A stretch of 63,853 nt of DNA, filler included, from Reticulomyxa filosa (GCA_000512085.1; 23 parts of 23 records of this genome joined end to end with filler, not necessarily neighbours in it); one strand, 5' to 3'. Positions 50,052 through 62,207 are shown, numbered from the whole stretch's first letter. Notes: generated by a model from the sequence alone, not told the origin. Translations and numbers: made by a program.

Positions 50052-51505
50052 CACAAAAAAAAAAATACCTTGGAAAAAGTAAAATTTTTATTAATTTTTT
50101 TTATTTTGTTTAATTTTGATGCAATGACAACGAAATATGTGAAATATTTAGTGAAAGGCATTTTGTTTTTCATTGATAATTTATATTGCATAATTCAGTT
50201 GTTGTATTTTGTTTATTTCATTTTGAGGAATACTGTGTTATCCCTTAGTTAGTACATTTCTTTTTTGTGTAGAAGAAAACATATTTGAAACGGTTTAAAG
50301 CTGGGCGTTACTCGATGAACACTCAGTAAACAAACGTTCCGAAAATAAGGTCAACACCGAAAGAAAATGTTTTTTTGTATCATTTTTTTTTTTATCATTC
50401 TAACGAATGACCTACACCAAAATATTTTAAAATAGTTGATTAAAAAAATGATGTATTTTTTTTTAGAGTCGCGAATTGGCGAAGCGATTAAAGAGTGACA
50501 AAACTGCAATCATAATTGAGAATTTTTCCTCTTTGATTTTGCAAGATAGAAATTAAGAGTATAATCGCATGTGAGAAAATAAACTCAATTTTCAGATATA
50601 CAATTTGATTAAATTTTGGATGCAAATTTTTCTCAATTCAATTGTGAAACGTAGAATTATGAAAAGAATTGTACAATTTTTAAAAAAATTATACATTTTG
50701 GGTTCAAATAATGAATAATATCACATAAAGAGCTTTTTTTAAGAAAGAAAAAGTTATATTCTTTAATATGAAATAAATAATTTAAATTTAAATTTTAGGC
50801 ATTATATTGAAGAATTTTCAAAGAAAGTAAATTTATAATTGTCATATTTAATTGTTCAAAAAACTATCTTCTCTAAAAAAAAAAAGTAGTTTTTTGTAAG
50901 CTATTTATTGTTTATAGAAAAAATTACATCATATTTTACTTGAACATATAATATATTGTTATTATTTTCATTAACACTGGATCTTCCTTTCTTTACTACT
51001 CAATATCTTTCAATTTTTTTTTTTGTTGTATAATCTATTCGTAGATCCAAAAATATATACATTATTGGCAATATATGATTTTGTGACAGTCTTTTATGTT
51101 TAGTTGAATGTAAAAATTTTTCTCTCGTTTCATATCGAATTTAATTGTCATATTTACTCTCAGTTCTAACATAGACAAGTATTTGGTCTGTTGATGTTGA
51201 CTTTGCTGAGCTAGTCTCCAAATATATCAATAAAGTCAATTCATAATAGTGGCAAATTTAAAAGCTGACATTGGTTTTTATAAAATAATTTGTTTCACCT
51301 TTTTTTTTAACTTAGATTAATACACATATCCTATCACTACAAGAAGGATAATAAATATACGATAAATTTTTAAAAAACAAAAATTTTTTGTAAATTTTTA
51401 TCTTTGATTATTTTTTGCACTTAGTAGCTCTTGGTTTTTTTTGTCAATTTTATTTTAAAATAGACAAAAAAAAAAGGGGTATTGTTTTGAGAGTAATTTA
51501 TTATC

Positions 51506-51830
51506 ATGTTTTCACAACTTCAAAAAGCGTTCTCCAAGATAGATGAGGACATCATTTCAACTGCATTGAAATGGTCTAATGAAAATGTTGAAAAGACAAA
51601 GGATATCTTAACCTGGCTAACAGAGAATACGTAACAATAAATGTTTATTCTCTTTTTTTAATATGCAAAAATATTAAATTATTGCTTATATATTTTAATA
51701 TAGCACAAATTTACAACAACAACATTTGATGCGGCTACTCGAAAGTGTTGGCAATCAAATTAAAAAAACAACCATATCGCAAACATGGAGAAATTGCAAT
51801 CAAATTTTTGCTGACACACTTCCATGAAAG
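51506..51830 (+). pseudogene. Truncated gene with tandem CUE/UBA-like helical motifs
   Basis: MFSQLQKAFSKIDEDIISTALKWSNENVEKTKDIL | ...HLMRLLESVGNQIKKTTISQTWRNCNQIFADTLP*; resembles the CUE pattern L-x-x-x-FP-x-[ILV]-D-x-x-x-I-x-x-x-L-x-x-x-x-x-N-V-E. Confidence 0.5.
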
Positions 51831-52213
51831 AAGAGAAGAAAGTGAAATGGAATTATATTGTGGATTGAAAAATGTGAGATTGGAGAATATTAAAGAAATA
51901 AAATCAGGCTCCATACAAACATGAACGTGAAATTTTGTTTACAAGGTCTTTCATAGATAGTAGTAAAGATGAGAAAACACATAAAGAAGAATATGCATGG
52001 AACGCAAAAATAGAGNNNNNNNNNNNNNNNNNNNNNNNNNNNNNNNNNNNNNNNNNNNNTTAATTAATTAANNNNNNNNNNNNNNNNNNNNNNNNNNNNN
52101 NNNNNNNNNNNNNNNCGCCCCCACCCAAAAAAAAAAAAAAACTTTTGACAAAGAAAGGGATTGAACCAAAATTGTTTATTTTTTTTCCCCTTCTCATATA
52201 ATAGATTAGATTG

Positions 52214-53067
52214 GAACCTTTTTTTGATAACCTTGCGGAAGTCCCATCTTCGTGAGGATTAGACAAAGGCTTTGCACTTTTTAAGCGACTCAAATAACCA
52301 TAGTTTTGGATTTGATCGTCAATAGACTCATTTGCATTCTGATGTCTTGGAATCGCAGCTGCATAATTTGCAATCAACTTTGCAGTTACATCACTAGTTT
52401 GTCTCAAAAAATCTTGCACCTTGCGCTTTGGAATCCTGGCTTCCTCCAAAAGTTGGCACAAATGCTCCGCTGGGATATCTGGTGCCAAACGAACGCTTTG
52501 AATTGTAATATAAAAATATATATATATATTATTACCAAAAAAAAAGAAAAACGTACATATATAAATATATGTATACATATGTTTATACTTTAAAATATTG
52601 CAAGAATTGCCAAAGGTTATATAACAGTCTTTTTTTTTATTAAAAAAAAAAAAAATGAAAAGTATACGTGGCATCTTTTCCAGACATTGCCAATCGTCTG
52701 GCTTCTTTAATAATCTCTTTTTGTTTTTCAACATCTTTCTCATTTAATAGATCGTACACTTTTTCATCTTGAAAGAATGACTGAGCTCTTGTGCTCTCCT
52801 CTCCTGGATAGACAGTTACCGTGCATTCGTTCCCAATATACTCTTTTTCAATTTCTTTTATCTCTTCTTTGTCCAAGTTTAACCCATTCACGATCTCATT
52901 TACAATTTTTTTTTCTTGCTCTGCTGTTCTCTTTACATTTTCAGAGTATTCTTTGCCTGCTGATCTTTTCACGTCCCTGTCAATAACCAAAAGTACGGGA
53001 AAAGAAATAAAGTAAAATAAATACCCAACTTTCTCTGTTTTTCAACTATTGAGCCACGAGCTGTCAT
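52214..53067 (-). CDS. Hypothetical protein, 5' exons
   Basis: MTARGSIVEKQRK | LVIDRDVKR...AMSGKDAT | VRLAPDIPAEHLCQLLEEARIP...; GT-AG introns, continues past the contig end. Confidence 0.6.
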
Positions 53068-53678
53068 GACAATTATTTCCGAAAAAAGTTGAGGATAAGC
53101 AAATTTTTTTAAGTCGAAGGGACTGGAGGAAAGTTTTTCAGAACGCAAAAACAGTTCTAGCTCAACAAAAAAAGCTATTGAAGGCAATCAACAATTTGCG
53201 TGAAAAAAACAAAATAGAAGCGCTTTCAATTAAAGAAATTGTTGGTGAGGATAACGACCCGAAGTTAATAAGCACAAAAAAAAGATAATCGCATGTATTC
53301 GAAAGATACAGAATAAACATGCTTTCTCATTATATTTAAATACTTTTCCTTTTGAGTTAAAGGTGTTTTATTATTTGGGGGATGGTGTCAATCCATGCAC
53401 TTTTTTTTACCACCTTAATAGTGCCCAGACAAAAAACATCACAATGCAACTGTCTATGCAGGAGCTACCAGCGCAAAACGATTCCAAGCACTTTTTTATG
53501 GTAAGTTGATTGACACATCTTTGTCTTTTGTTTTCATTGCCATTTAATTTTTTTTTAGATTGAACAAAAATTGGTAACCTTTCAAAAGAACGATTCCAGG
53601 TGGAGAAGCTTGCCACTAAAATAAAATGTACTTATATAATGTATATATACTAGCGGTCAAAAGTGTTTCAATATTATA

Positions 53679-54205
53679 CAGTATGATAAAAAAGAAAGTT
53701 GACACCTAAAATGCCACATTATATAGATTATTGTGTTTCTCCATGAAAAAACAACATTTAAAAAAAAATCTACTGATTGTGTAGTTTTTAAATATCATTT
53801 TGTTTTTTATTAAGTCTTTACAATTTTTTCAAAAATTTTAATCTTTCATTTACTTTGTTATATCTACTTTGGCTCTTTTGACTGCCTGTATTCTCTTTGG
53901 CATCGACTTTATTAAGGTTTTACAAGTGTTTGTTTCTATTTTTTCACATTCTGCTTCGAATTGGTTCCAAAGCTATTCAGTGGTATTAAATGGTCCTTTT
54001 TTGTGAAAACTTGTTTTTACTATCCACCAAAGATTTTCAATTAGATTTAAATCAAGTGAATTTGGAGGAAAATTCATTATTTTTATTTTTTTTGTTTTAA
54101 CTATTTCATATTTTTTCCGATTTATGGCATGTTGCATTATCTTGCTGGAAAATCCAATACTCTTTATTTTCTAAGCAGTAATTGACGCTATTTAGCATTT
54201 CGTCA
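53679..54205 (-). mobile_element. Tc1/mariner DNA transposon 3' end: decayed DD34E-like transposase plus terminal repeat
   Basis: Minus strand WIFQQDNATCHKS...IMNFPPNSLDLNLIENLWWIVK...LIKSMPKRIQAVKRAK..TK*; element end CAGT at 53679 preceded by TA. Confidence 0.9.
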
Positions 54206-54305
54206 NNNNNNNNNNNNNNNNNNNNNNNNNNNNNNNNNNNNNNNNNNNNTTAATTAATTAANNNNNNNNNNNNNNNNNNNNNNNNNNNNNNNNNNNNNNN
54301 NNNNN

Positions 54306-55027
54306 GGGGGGGGGGGGATTGTAATGAAATTAGGTATAACGGCCAGAGAGCAAAGCAAGATCAAGGAGACATGTCCGTTTGAAAAGTGGGAAGGAGGAAC
54401 AAAAGTGAAGACAGGAGGAAAGGAAATCCACAAACTGGAACGCACTGAAAAGCCGAAAGAAGCCAAACAGATATTGAAACTGCAGGCAAACTGTCCATTC
54501 AGCAAGAGCAAAGAACACTCCAGTGACAGCGAGGACGACGACGACGACGACAACGACGATGACGATGAAGACGACAATTACACGTGCAATTGTCGAGATC
54601 AGTCTTTGAAAGAAATACTCAAACATGTGAGAACAAAGCATAAGGCCGCTGTCACTGAGATTCAAACACGATTGACGAAACAAGCCGCGAATGTAGCCGT
54701 GAATGTATGTTTTGTCATTTTCTCAAATGGATTACCCTTTGTCAAAAAGATTGCATATACACATACATATAAAATGAATGAGTATAGAAGCTAAGTGAAG
54801 AAGTCACACGAGCAGAGAAGCTAAAGACAAAAGAGACGACTTCACCAAAGAAAGGCAAAAGCAAAGACAAGGCCAAGACTAAGACCAAGACCAGCGCCAA
54901 GACTAAGGCTAAAGCCAAAGCCAAAGCCAAAGCCAAAACCAAAGACAAGAGTGATGATGACGATAATAGTAGCAACAATGATGAAAGTAATGATGACAAT
55001 GACGGCGATGATGAGGACGAAGAAGAA

Positions 55028-55086
<59 letters not shown>

Positions 55087-55347
55087 GGAAGACGAGCATA
55101 GCGATGATGACGAAGACGAAAGTGGTGAGGATAGAGTGAAAGGCAAATCGAAAGACAGAGATAAAAAAAAGAAAGACAATGAGAAAAAGAAAGTCCAAAA
55201 AAAAGAAGTAGCCAAAACAACACAGGCCACAAAAGGCAAAAAGACATCCAAAGAGCGTTCCTCCATTCAAGAAAAAAGCATCACCGACGAAAATGATCAA
55301 CAATTGAAAAGCAGCCAAAAAGCAGAGAGAGTATCGGTCCGTGGCGG
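54306..55347 (+). CDS. Internal fragment of a low-complexity acidic/Lys-rich protein with a possible C2H2-like motif
   Basis: CPF...(acidic insert)...YTCNCRDQSLKEILKHVRTKH; (KA/KT)n; poly-Glu (GAA)n at ~55018-55092. Confidence 0.55.
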
Positions 55348-55749
55348 NNNNNNNNNNNNNNNNNNNNNNNNNNNNNNNNNNNNNNNNNNNNTTAATTAAT
55401 TAANNNNNNNNNNNNNNNNNNNNNNNNNNNNNNNNNNNNNNNNNNNNCTTTTGACTACATAATTTCAATATTATTTTTATCTTGTTGTGTTTAATCTTTC
55501 AAAATATTTTTCATTATTTAAATAGAATTCAACCTTTTTTTATCGTAAAAAAAAAACAATTACATTCTTCAATGTCCTTTAGCTAGAGATGATTTCACTA
55601 GGAATTTGTACAAAACAGTCTAAAGAGAAAGGACCATTACAAATAACAACTAATTAAAGAAGAAAAAAAAAACAAACAATTATTTGATTTCAATCAAAAA
55701 TAAAATAAAAAAATAATATACAAACGAACGAAATACTTCAACACAAATC

Positions 55750-56490
55750 ACATCACCATTAGCCAATTGTTGGATGACAAAGGATGCATCGATCCACAAA
55801 AAATCACAATCGAAGAATTTTTAATCAATTTCAACAGCCTCCAAAGTTTTGTTTTTCTGTCAATTTGTTCAATCTTTTTTTTTTTTTATGTATATAATTT
55901 AATACAATGCGTAATTCCTTTTCTCCAATGTCAGTCGACAAATAATTCATGTATTTTTCCGTCATTGTATTTATTTGTCCTGATATTCAATTGGTTCTTT
56001 GTTTTTTGCCATTTGCATTTTCATTAGTAGAAGGAGTCTCATTCTCATTGTCATCATCGCCATAGTCAACATGATCTCATTTGTCATTGTATTTAGTATT
56101 TGATTAGTCTCTTTGATTTCCAATTGCATTGCAAGGATGAGATCAGTGTCTTTGTCTTGTTCTGTTTCTGCATTTTCATTACTATTACTGTTTGCCGCTG
56201 ATTCCTTCATTCCAAATTCCAAACATTATCACCACACAAAGATATTCAATTTCAATAAAATAAAATAAAATAAATACATAAAGACATTACCATGACAATA
56301 GAGTATTCTTTGTCGACAGAAGTGTTGGTTGTCTCAGGAGGAAGATAAGAAGCGTCGACCAAGGGCAAGTTTTCTCCAGTCAATTGTTGTGCCAGCAATT
56401 CATCCATATTCAGTTGATTGACAAAGGCGACGACATTTTCAACTTTCTGTGGTTCCTTTGGACCAGCGTCGACGTCTTCTCTTTCAAGCT
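55750..56490 (-). pseudogene. Decayed multi-exon gene with UIM-like motifs
   Basis: MDELLAQQL and DTDLILAMQLE motifs; frame breaks near 56080. Confidence 0.35.
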
Positions 56491-56618
56491 GTTTGTTATT
56501 TTTATTTCACATTGAGTANNNNNNNNNNNNNNNNNNNNNNNNNNNNNNNNNNNNNNNNNNNNTTAATTAATTAANNNNNNNNNNNNNNNNNNNNNNNNNN
56601 NNNNNNNNNNNNNNNNNN

Positions 56619-57618
56619 GCATTTTCTGGAAAACAAGTTCAATGTTTAGAAGGTCATTCAGGTTCTGTTACTTCTGTTCAATTTTCACCTGATGGTACCA
56701 AGATTATATCTGGTTCTGGTGATAAAACCATTCGATTATGGGATGCATCATCTGGTAAACAACTTCAATCATTGGAAGGCCATTCAAAGGAAGTTGGAGT
56801 TGTCCAATTCTCACCCGATGGAACCAAAATTGCATCAGCTTCCATTGATGAAACAATTCGTTTGTGGGATGTATCATCTGGTACACAACTTCATTGTTTC
56901 AACTATTTTTCTAGTTTTATTCAATTTTCACCTGATGGAAATACAATTGTATCAAATTCATCCAATACAATTGGATTATGGGATGTATTATCTGGAAAGC
57001 AGCTACAATATTTAGAAAATCATAGTAATATCAATTCTGTTCAATTTTCACATGATGGAACTATGATTGTATCAAGTTCGGATGATGGCATTTACTTATG
57101 GGATACATCATCTGGAAAAAAAATTCAATCTTTAGAAGGTAGTCAGGATAATACTTTAGCTCAATTTTCACCAGATGGTACTAGAATTATATCCTGTTTA
57201 GATAGTACCATTCAGTTATGGGATGTATCATCAGGGGCACAAATACGATCTTTGAAAGGCCATTCCGATTATATTAATTGTATTCGATTTTCACCAGATG
57301 GCACAAGGATTGTATCAGGGTCAAATGATACTACAATTCGTTTGTGGGATGCATCACATGAAAAAGAAGTGCAACCTTTGGAAGGTCACACAAATCATGT
57401 CACTTGTGTTCAATTTTCATATGATGGAACCAAAATCGCTTCATGTTCATGGGATAAAACTATTCGCTTATGGGACGTATCATCTAGAAGACAAACACAA
57501 ACTTTGAAAGGCCATAAATACGCAGTTTTTTGTATTCAATTTTCTCCTGATGGAACTAAAATCGCTTCAGGCTCATTTGATGGCATTTGTTTGTGGGATG
57601 TATCATCTGGAAAACAAC
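56619..57618 (+). CDS. Highly repetitive tandem WD40 array (internal fragment, at least 8 complete repeats)
   Basis: Whole 1-kb contig is one open frame of SSGKQ-x-Q-x-LEGH-x-x-x-V-x-x-VQFSPDGTKI-x-S-x-S-x-D-x-TIRLWD units. Confidence 0.92.
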
Positions 57619-57718
57619 NNNNNNNNNNNNNNNNNNNNNNNNNNNNNNNNNNNNNNNNNNNNTTAATTAATTAANNNNNNNNNNNNNNNNNNNNNNNNNN
57701 NNNNNNNNNNNNNNNNNN

Positions 57719-58640
57719 AAGCATTGCAAACGTGCAAAAGTGTCAAACCTGTGGTGTTGATCTGTTACACGGCTTTGGGGTATCGAATGAATTGTGTTCC
57801 CGAGTTGGTTCTAACTTTGGTGAGAATTATCCTATCAATCCAAAGTCATCTCAGTGCATTTGCATATGTGTTTACCAAATTCCCAGATGATCAGAAAGAA
57901 TCGATCCATGCTTTGGTGGACGATACATACAATATCATACAAGAAGAGGAAACTGATGAAGGATATAAAGCATTATTGGCAGATATTGCAGATCAAACCG
58001 AATATAATGTACTTGCATCCGATTTATTGAACGATTCTACCAAAATATTGTTGAAGGAGTTGGCGAATGCACAAAAATTCATTAAGGACCCAGACAAAGT
58101 GTTTCACCCTTTTCTCAAAGAAAGATCCACATCGGCTGTTAATTTACAAGTCGAAAAACACAAAGCGAGCATTTTACATGCATTCAAACACCATCATTAT
58201 CCAATTGTACAAATCAAATTGGACGAACTCGTTGATTTGCAATCAGTGTTGAAAAATGATACAATTGAAATAACTTATCGAGATTGCATCAATCAATTAA
58301 CTCATGATTGGAACACACAAATCAATGTGGACAAACATAAATTTAACAAGTGCATGTAAACTTCACATTTCTTTAGCAAAGAGGATATATTGGCTTACAA
58401 ACAAACAATTGATAAATTGAAATCAGCAGATCCATTGCGAAGACATTTGTACGAGGCCATTTGTATGAGGCCATTTGTACTGATGCATTGATTCAAAATG
58501 TAGATCATCAGACTAATCATTTGATCGAGAAAATAGAAAAACATATTTGAAATAAGATCGAATTACAAATACAATTGTATAAATTGGCGCAAGTTTGAAC
58601 TGACTTTACTGAGTTTGAATCTGTGTATAAAGAAGTTTGT
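57719..58640 (+). pseudogene. Remnant of a large P-loop GTPase-like protein (C-terminal half of G domain plus helical region)
   Basis: KSVKPVVLICY...HLSAFAYVFTKFP (G4-like hhhhTK); in-frame stop at 58357, 14-bp tandem duplication GAGGCCATTTGTA[TC] at ~58454-58480, further stops. Confidence 0.5.
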
Positions 58641-58651
58641 TAATTATTGTA

Positions 58652-58793
58652 AAAAAATAAATATAAAACAAGATCTATGTGAAAAATTCGAAAAAACATT
58701 GGAAGAAATTGATCAACAATTATGATAATCACTAATTGAATCAATGTCAAAAAGAATTCAAGCAGTAATTGATTCAAAAGGAAAACCAACAAA
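58652..58793 (+). mobile_element. Second Tc1-family transposase C-terminal remnant
   Basis: EKFEKTLEEIDQQL**SLIESMSKRIQAVIDSKGKPTK matches the Tc1 tail LI-x-SMP-x-R-x-x-AVI-x-x-x-G-x-x-TKY. Confidence 0.75.
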
Positions 58794-58929
58794 NNNNNNN
58801 NNNNNNNNNNNNNNNNNNNNNNNNNNNNNNNNNNNNNTTAATTAATTAANNNNNNNNNNNNNNNNNNNNNNNNNNNNNNNNNNNNNNNNNNNNCTTGAAA
58901 AAAAAAAAAAAAAAAACAAAAAAAAAAAA

Positions 58930-59902
58930 CATACCCTTCTGAGTGTGCGGATCCATAGGAATTTCTTCGAGGTGACGATAGAAAATCTCCATCTTCCGTC
59001 ATAGCGGAAAGACTTGGTGTATATCTCTGCATCACTTGCTTGCCTTTGTTTTGTACCTTGTGATCGCGATCGCCATCACCGTCATTTGTGTTCTCGTCAT
59101 CATCGTCTTCAGCATAGTCGTCTTCTTCCTCTTCGCTACTGAATTGGTAATGCCAAAATCCCATACCAACCGGAAAAGTCGACGGTGGATTCAAATCATC
59201 ATTATGACTTTTAACACACACGCGTGCTTTCCGTTCTTTTTGATGTTTTTTTGTCTACTCGCAAAGGAAAATAAAATATATACGTATACATATATGTATA
59301 TGTACATATATATACATACGTGTATGTATGTATATATGTGTATTCGTATGAATGATACATCACATGCACAAAACTCAGTTTGATGTGGTGGTGAGGTATG
59401 GCTTCTCTCAAACGTCTTGTTGTGTTTCTCGGTAATGATCCTCTCACTGTATGTCCGTGATGGCGACAATCCCAAAGAGGTCTGTCTTTTTGTAAGGTTG
59501 TCATGGATTGTGTAATTCATGCAATGTTTTGAAGCTGCCATTTTTTTTTTTTTTGTTCGGCTGTGCGTGTATAGAAAAAAAAAAAAAAGGGGGTAGAAAA
59601 GGGAGGAGAGAAAGAACATTCATAAACTCCGAACCCGTCTAGCTTTGTAGTTAACGGTGACTTTGGAAGAAAGTTTGGAAGAAAGTTCGGTTTGAACAAC
59701 CGGGAGCTCATCATCTTCTACTCTTTCTTGAACGTCTATCGTTTCAACTTCAAACTGATGTAGCTTATCGCCAATGGGTTGCAATTCTTCATTTCTTGCG
59801 TTGTGTATATCTGTTCAAAAGTTTTTTTAATCACAAAATTACATACATACAAAACAAAAAAATTCTATCTGATGGATGGCTGAAAATCCTCCTTTTCAAA
59901 AC

Positions 59903-59933
<31 letters not shown>

Positions 59934-60551
59934 GGGCATTGCAAGGTCTTTGGCAAAAAAAAAAAAAAAAAAAATAACATGAAATAATTTTGTGATCAGT
60001 CCAAAGCGTGATATCTTCTGATGGATTGTCGGATTTTGAATTGGTAACACGAATGTACTCTATCGCCATATCTTTGGGAGAAACAATGTTGTGGTTATTA
60101 TCGACGTTCCTGCCATGTACAGAAGCGCCCCGAGAATAAAACCAGTCTCTCACTGCGGATACTGGCACACGCAGATAGTCATATTGCAATAATTTTAAAC
60201 ACTGTGGGCATTTCACTTCCAATGTGTTTTCTTTGTCAGCCAATGTCAATAAATGATGTAGACATTCAGTACATAAATCAATTCCACACTATTTTTTTGT
60301 CAATTGTATGCCTTAGATTATATACACACTGTTAAAACTAAAAGGAGGGGGAGGGGGTGACATCACATAAAAAGTTAATGAAAATTCAATATTACAAAAC
60401 TTGACATGGACGATATGCTACTTCAGTCACTGTCATGTTATTGACGCACTTATCGTTTCAACACCAAGAACAAAAAAAAAATAATAACGTTCTGTCACAA
60501 CAATATAGTCAAAATAGCATTTACCACGATACAACAGGTATTGGTGGTCAT
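58930..60551 (-). CDS. Protein with N-terminal NOT4-type C4C4 RING, multi-exon (3' end cut)
   Basis: Spliced MTTNTCCIV|CVNNMTVTEVAYRPCQ|CGIDLCTECLHHLL...KCPQC = C-x2-C-x13-C-x-C-x4-C-x2-C-x17-C-x2-C; no RRM seen downstream. Confidence 0.7.
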
Positions 60552-60616
60552 CTTTCAAAAGTAACATACGTTAGGACTTAAAAAGTACTAAGGTTGCACG
60601 GCATTTTGTGTTATAA

Positions 60617-61360
60617 CTAAGAAAGGGGCACAATTTGTTCGACGAAAAATTGAATAAATTCGTTCAAACGCAACAAAGAGTTTGGAAAATTTAACTTAAA
60701 CTTCATTTCACTTAAAAACATTAGTACAGAAAGAAAAACACATAAAATCATTTGTCTTGCACCATTGGCGCCCACAACAAATCCACTCACTCTTTTTTTC
60801 TTCCTGCAAGTCTTTTTAGCAAACACTACACTTTCAGGTGCAAAGCGATTTTTTGGAACATCTCTTTGGTCACAATGCTTTGACTGCATACGTTGGAATG
60901 CAAGCACTCAAAATTTATTTTTATATCTCGCTTAGCTTCCAAGGATATTCCCATTTGCTCGCCACACAACCAAAACAATCTCATCATGCGTCGCAATACA
61001 AACTCTATGTGTTAGAAGTATTTGGTCAATTTTCCGAATCGGAATGACAAAGCGAAAAAGGAAAATAAACATATGTTTTACTATACCATAGATTTTTCGT
61101 ATCCATTACTTACACAAAATTGCAAAAAAATATCGAGTCCATAGACCACTACCTAATTGCTGACGTCCACCAATACATGTAGCTATCAGTGAATATGAAT
61201 ACGAATTGGTCAAGACCCAAAAATCTACATTTTTTTTAAAAGAAAGAAAGGATAGTCATTTGTCAAAAAAACAAAAATTAAAAATACATATGTACATACA
61301 TATCAAGTCTATTATGTCATCACTCCGACTAATTGTTTTGATGATTTTTTGTTGAATGCT
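60617..61360 (-). pseudogene. Hypothetical multi-exon gene with an in-frame stop; 5' end close to a MITE-like remnant
   Basis: Exons IQQKIIKTISRSDDIIDLI | DFWVLTNSYSY...LCK*WIRKIY | EFVLRRMMRLFWLC...ALHLK | EMKFKLNFP...VPLS*. Confidence 0.4.
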
Positions 61361-61461
61361 GCAAAGCACAAGTGTAATTAAAGTAATAATACTGTTTTAG
61401 ATTGTTTATATCACATATATACAATGATAATATTGTTTATTCATTTATTGAAACTTTATGT

Positions 61462-61749
61462 CTAATTTTTTAAAAAATATCTACGAATCTAGCACTTTCT
61501 GAAAATGCTTTAAAAAAAGTTGGTAAATTTCATGGTCACGACAAAATCATGATTGTCAAAAATCAATAAAATATTCAAATTTTTTAAACAATTAGTAAAT
61601 ATTTGATAAAAACCAAAATGATATTTAAAACTACACTATTCGTAGATATTTTTAAAAAAATTAGTTCTGGATCTTGTTTTTTCATGAAGAAAATCAATCA
61701 TATCTATAAGGTACCATTTTAGGTGCCAGCTTTCCTTTGCATTATACTG
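61462..61749 (-). mobile_element. Internally deleted Tc1-family element (MITE-like)
   Basis: Reverse-complement terminal repeat ending ACTG|TA at 61749; internal inverted arms 61462-61488 and 61638-61664 (26/27 match). Confidence 0.75.
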
Positions 61750-62207
61750 TATTACAAAATAACTATTTGATCTATTTTCTAATTGATCCACCAAAAAACA
61801 TTTATTCGTTAAGTGAATTGTGAAATTACTTCACAATTTGAAAGGTTTTGTTGTTCACGTTGATGAACTATGATGTAATTTCGATTTTTTTAAAAAGGTA
61901 AATTATATGAAAAAATGTCTCTTTGAAGTACTAAAAATCTTCTACCTGAAAGATTTTTAGTAAGGTACAATTAAGTGTTGTTTTGATTTGAAATTTAAAA
62001 GTGATATTTTCTTATGTTCAAAGCAAGATAATACATTTACATTTTACTTAAGAGGAGGACTCTTTACAGCAAAAGTATATTTGTATTACATTCTTTTTTC
62101 AAAAGACGACGAAATAAATGTGATCGTTTATTTTCATTTTTATTGTAGAAACAAATAATGTGTTGCGTTTCAAAGTGCAAAACAAAAACTGATATAATAA
62201 AGTCAAC

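Noticed and set aside
54742-55318. Hydrophobic minus-strand ORFs (poly-F/L/S)
   Set aside because: Antisense shadows of the Lys/Glu-rich plus-strand exon.
8349-58893. Regularly recurring palindromic TTAATTAATTAA as a biological repeat or CRISPR-like array
   Set aside because: It is always centred in exactly 44+44 Ns, so it is a synthetic six-frame-stop linker; ORFs ending in LIN or X runs are artefacts.
16968-60551. Apparent cluster of ubiquitin-system genes (DCN1, RINGs, Ariadne, WD40s, CUE/UIM-like)
   Set aside because: They lie on different unlinked contigs, so co-occurrence is not evidence of a gene cluster.
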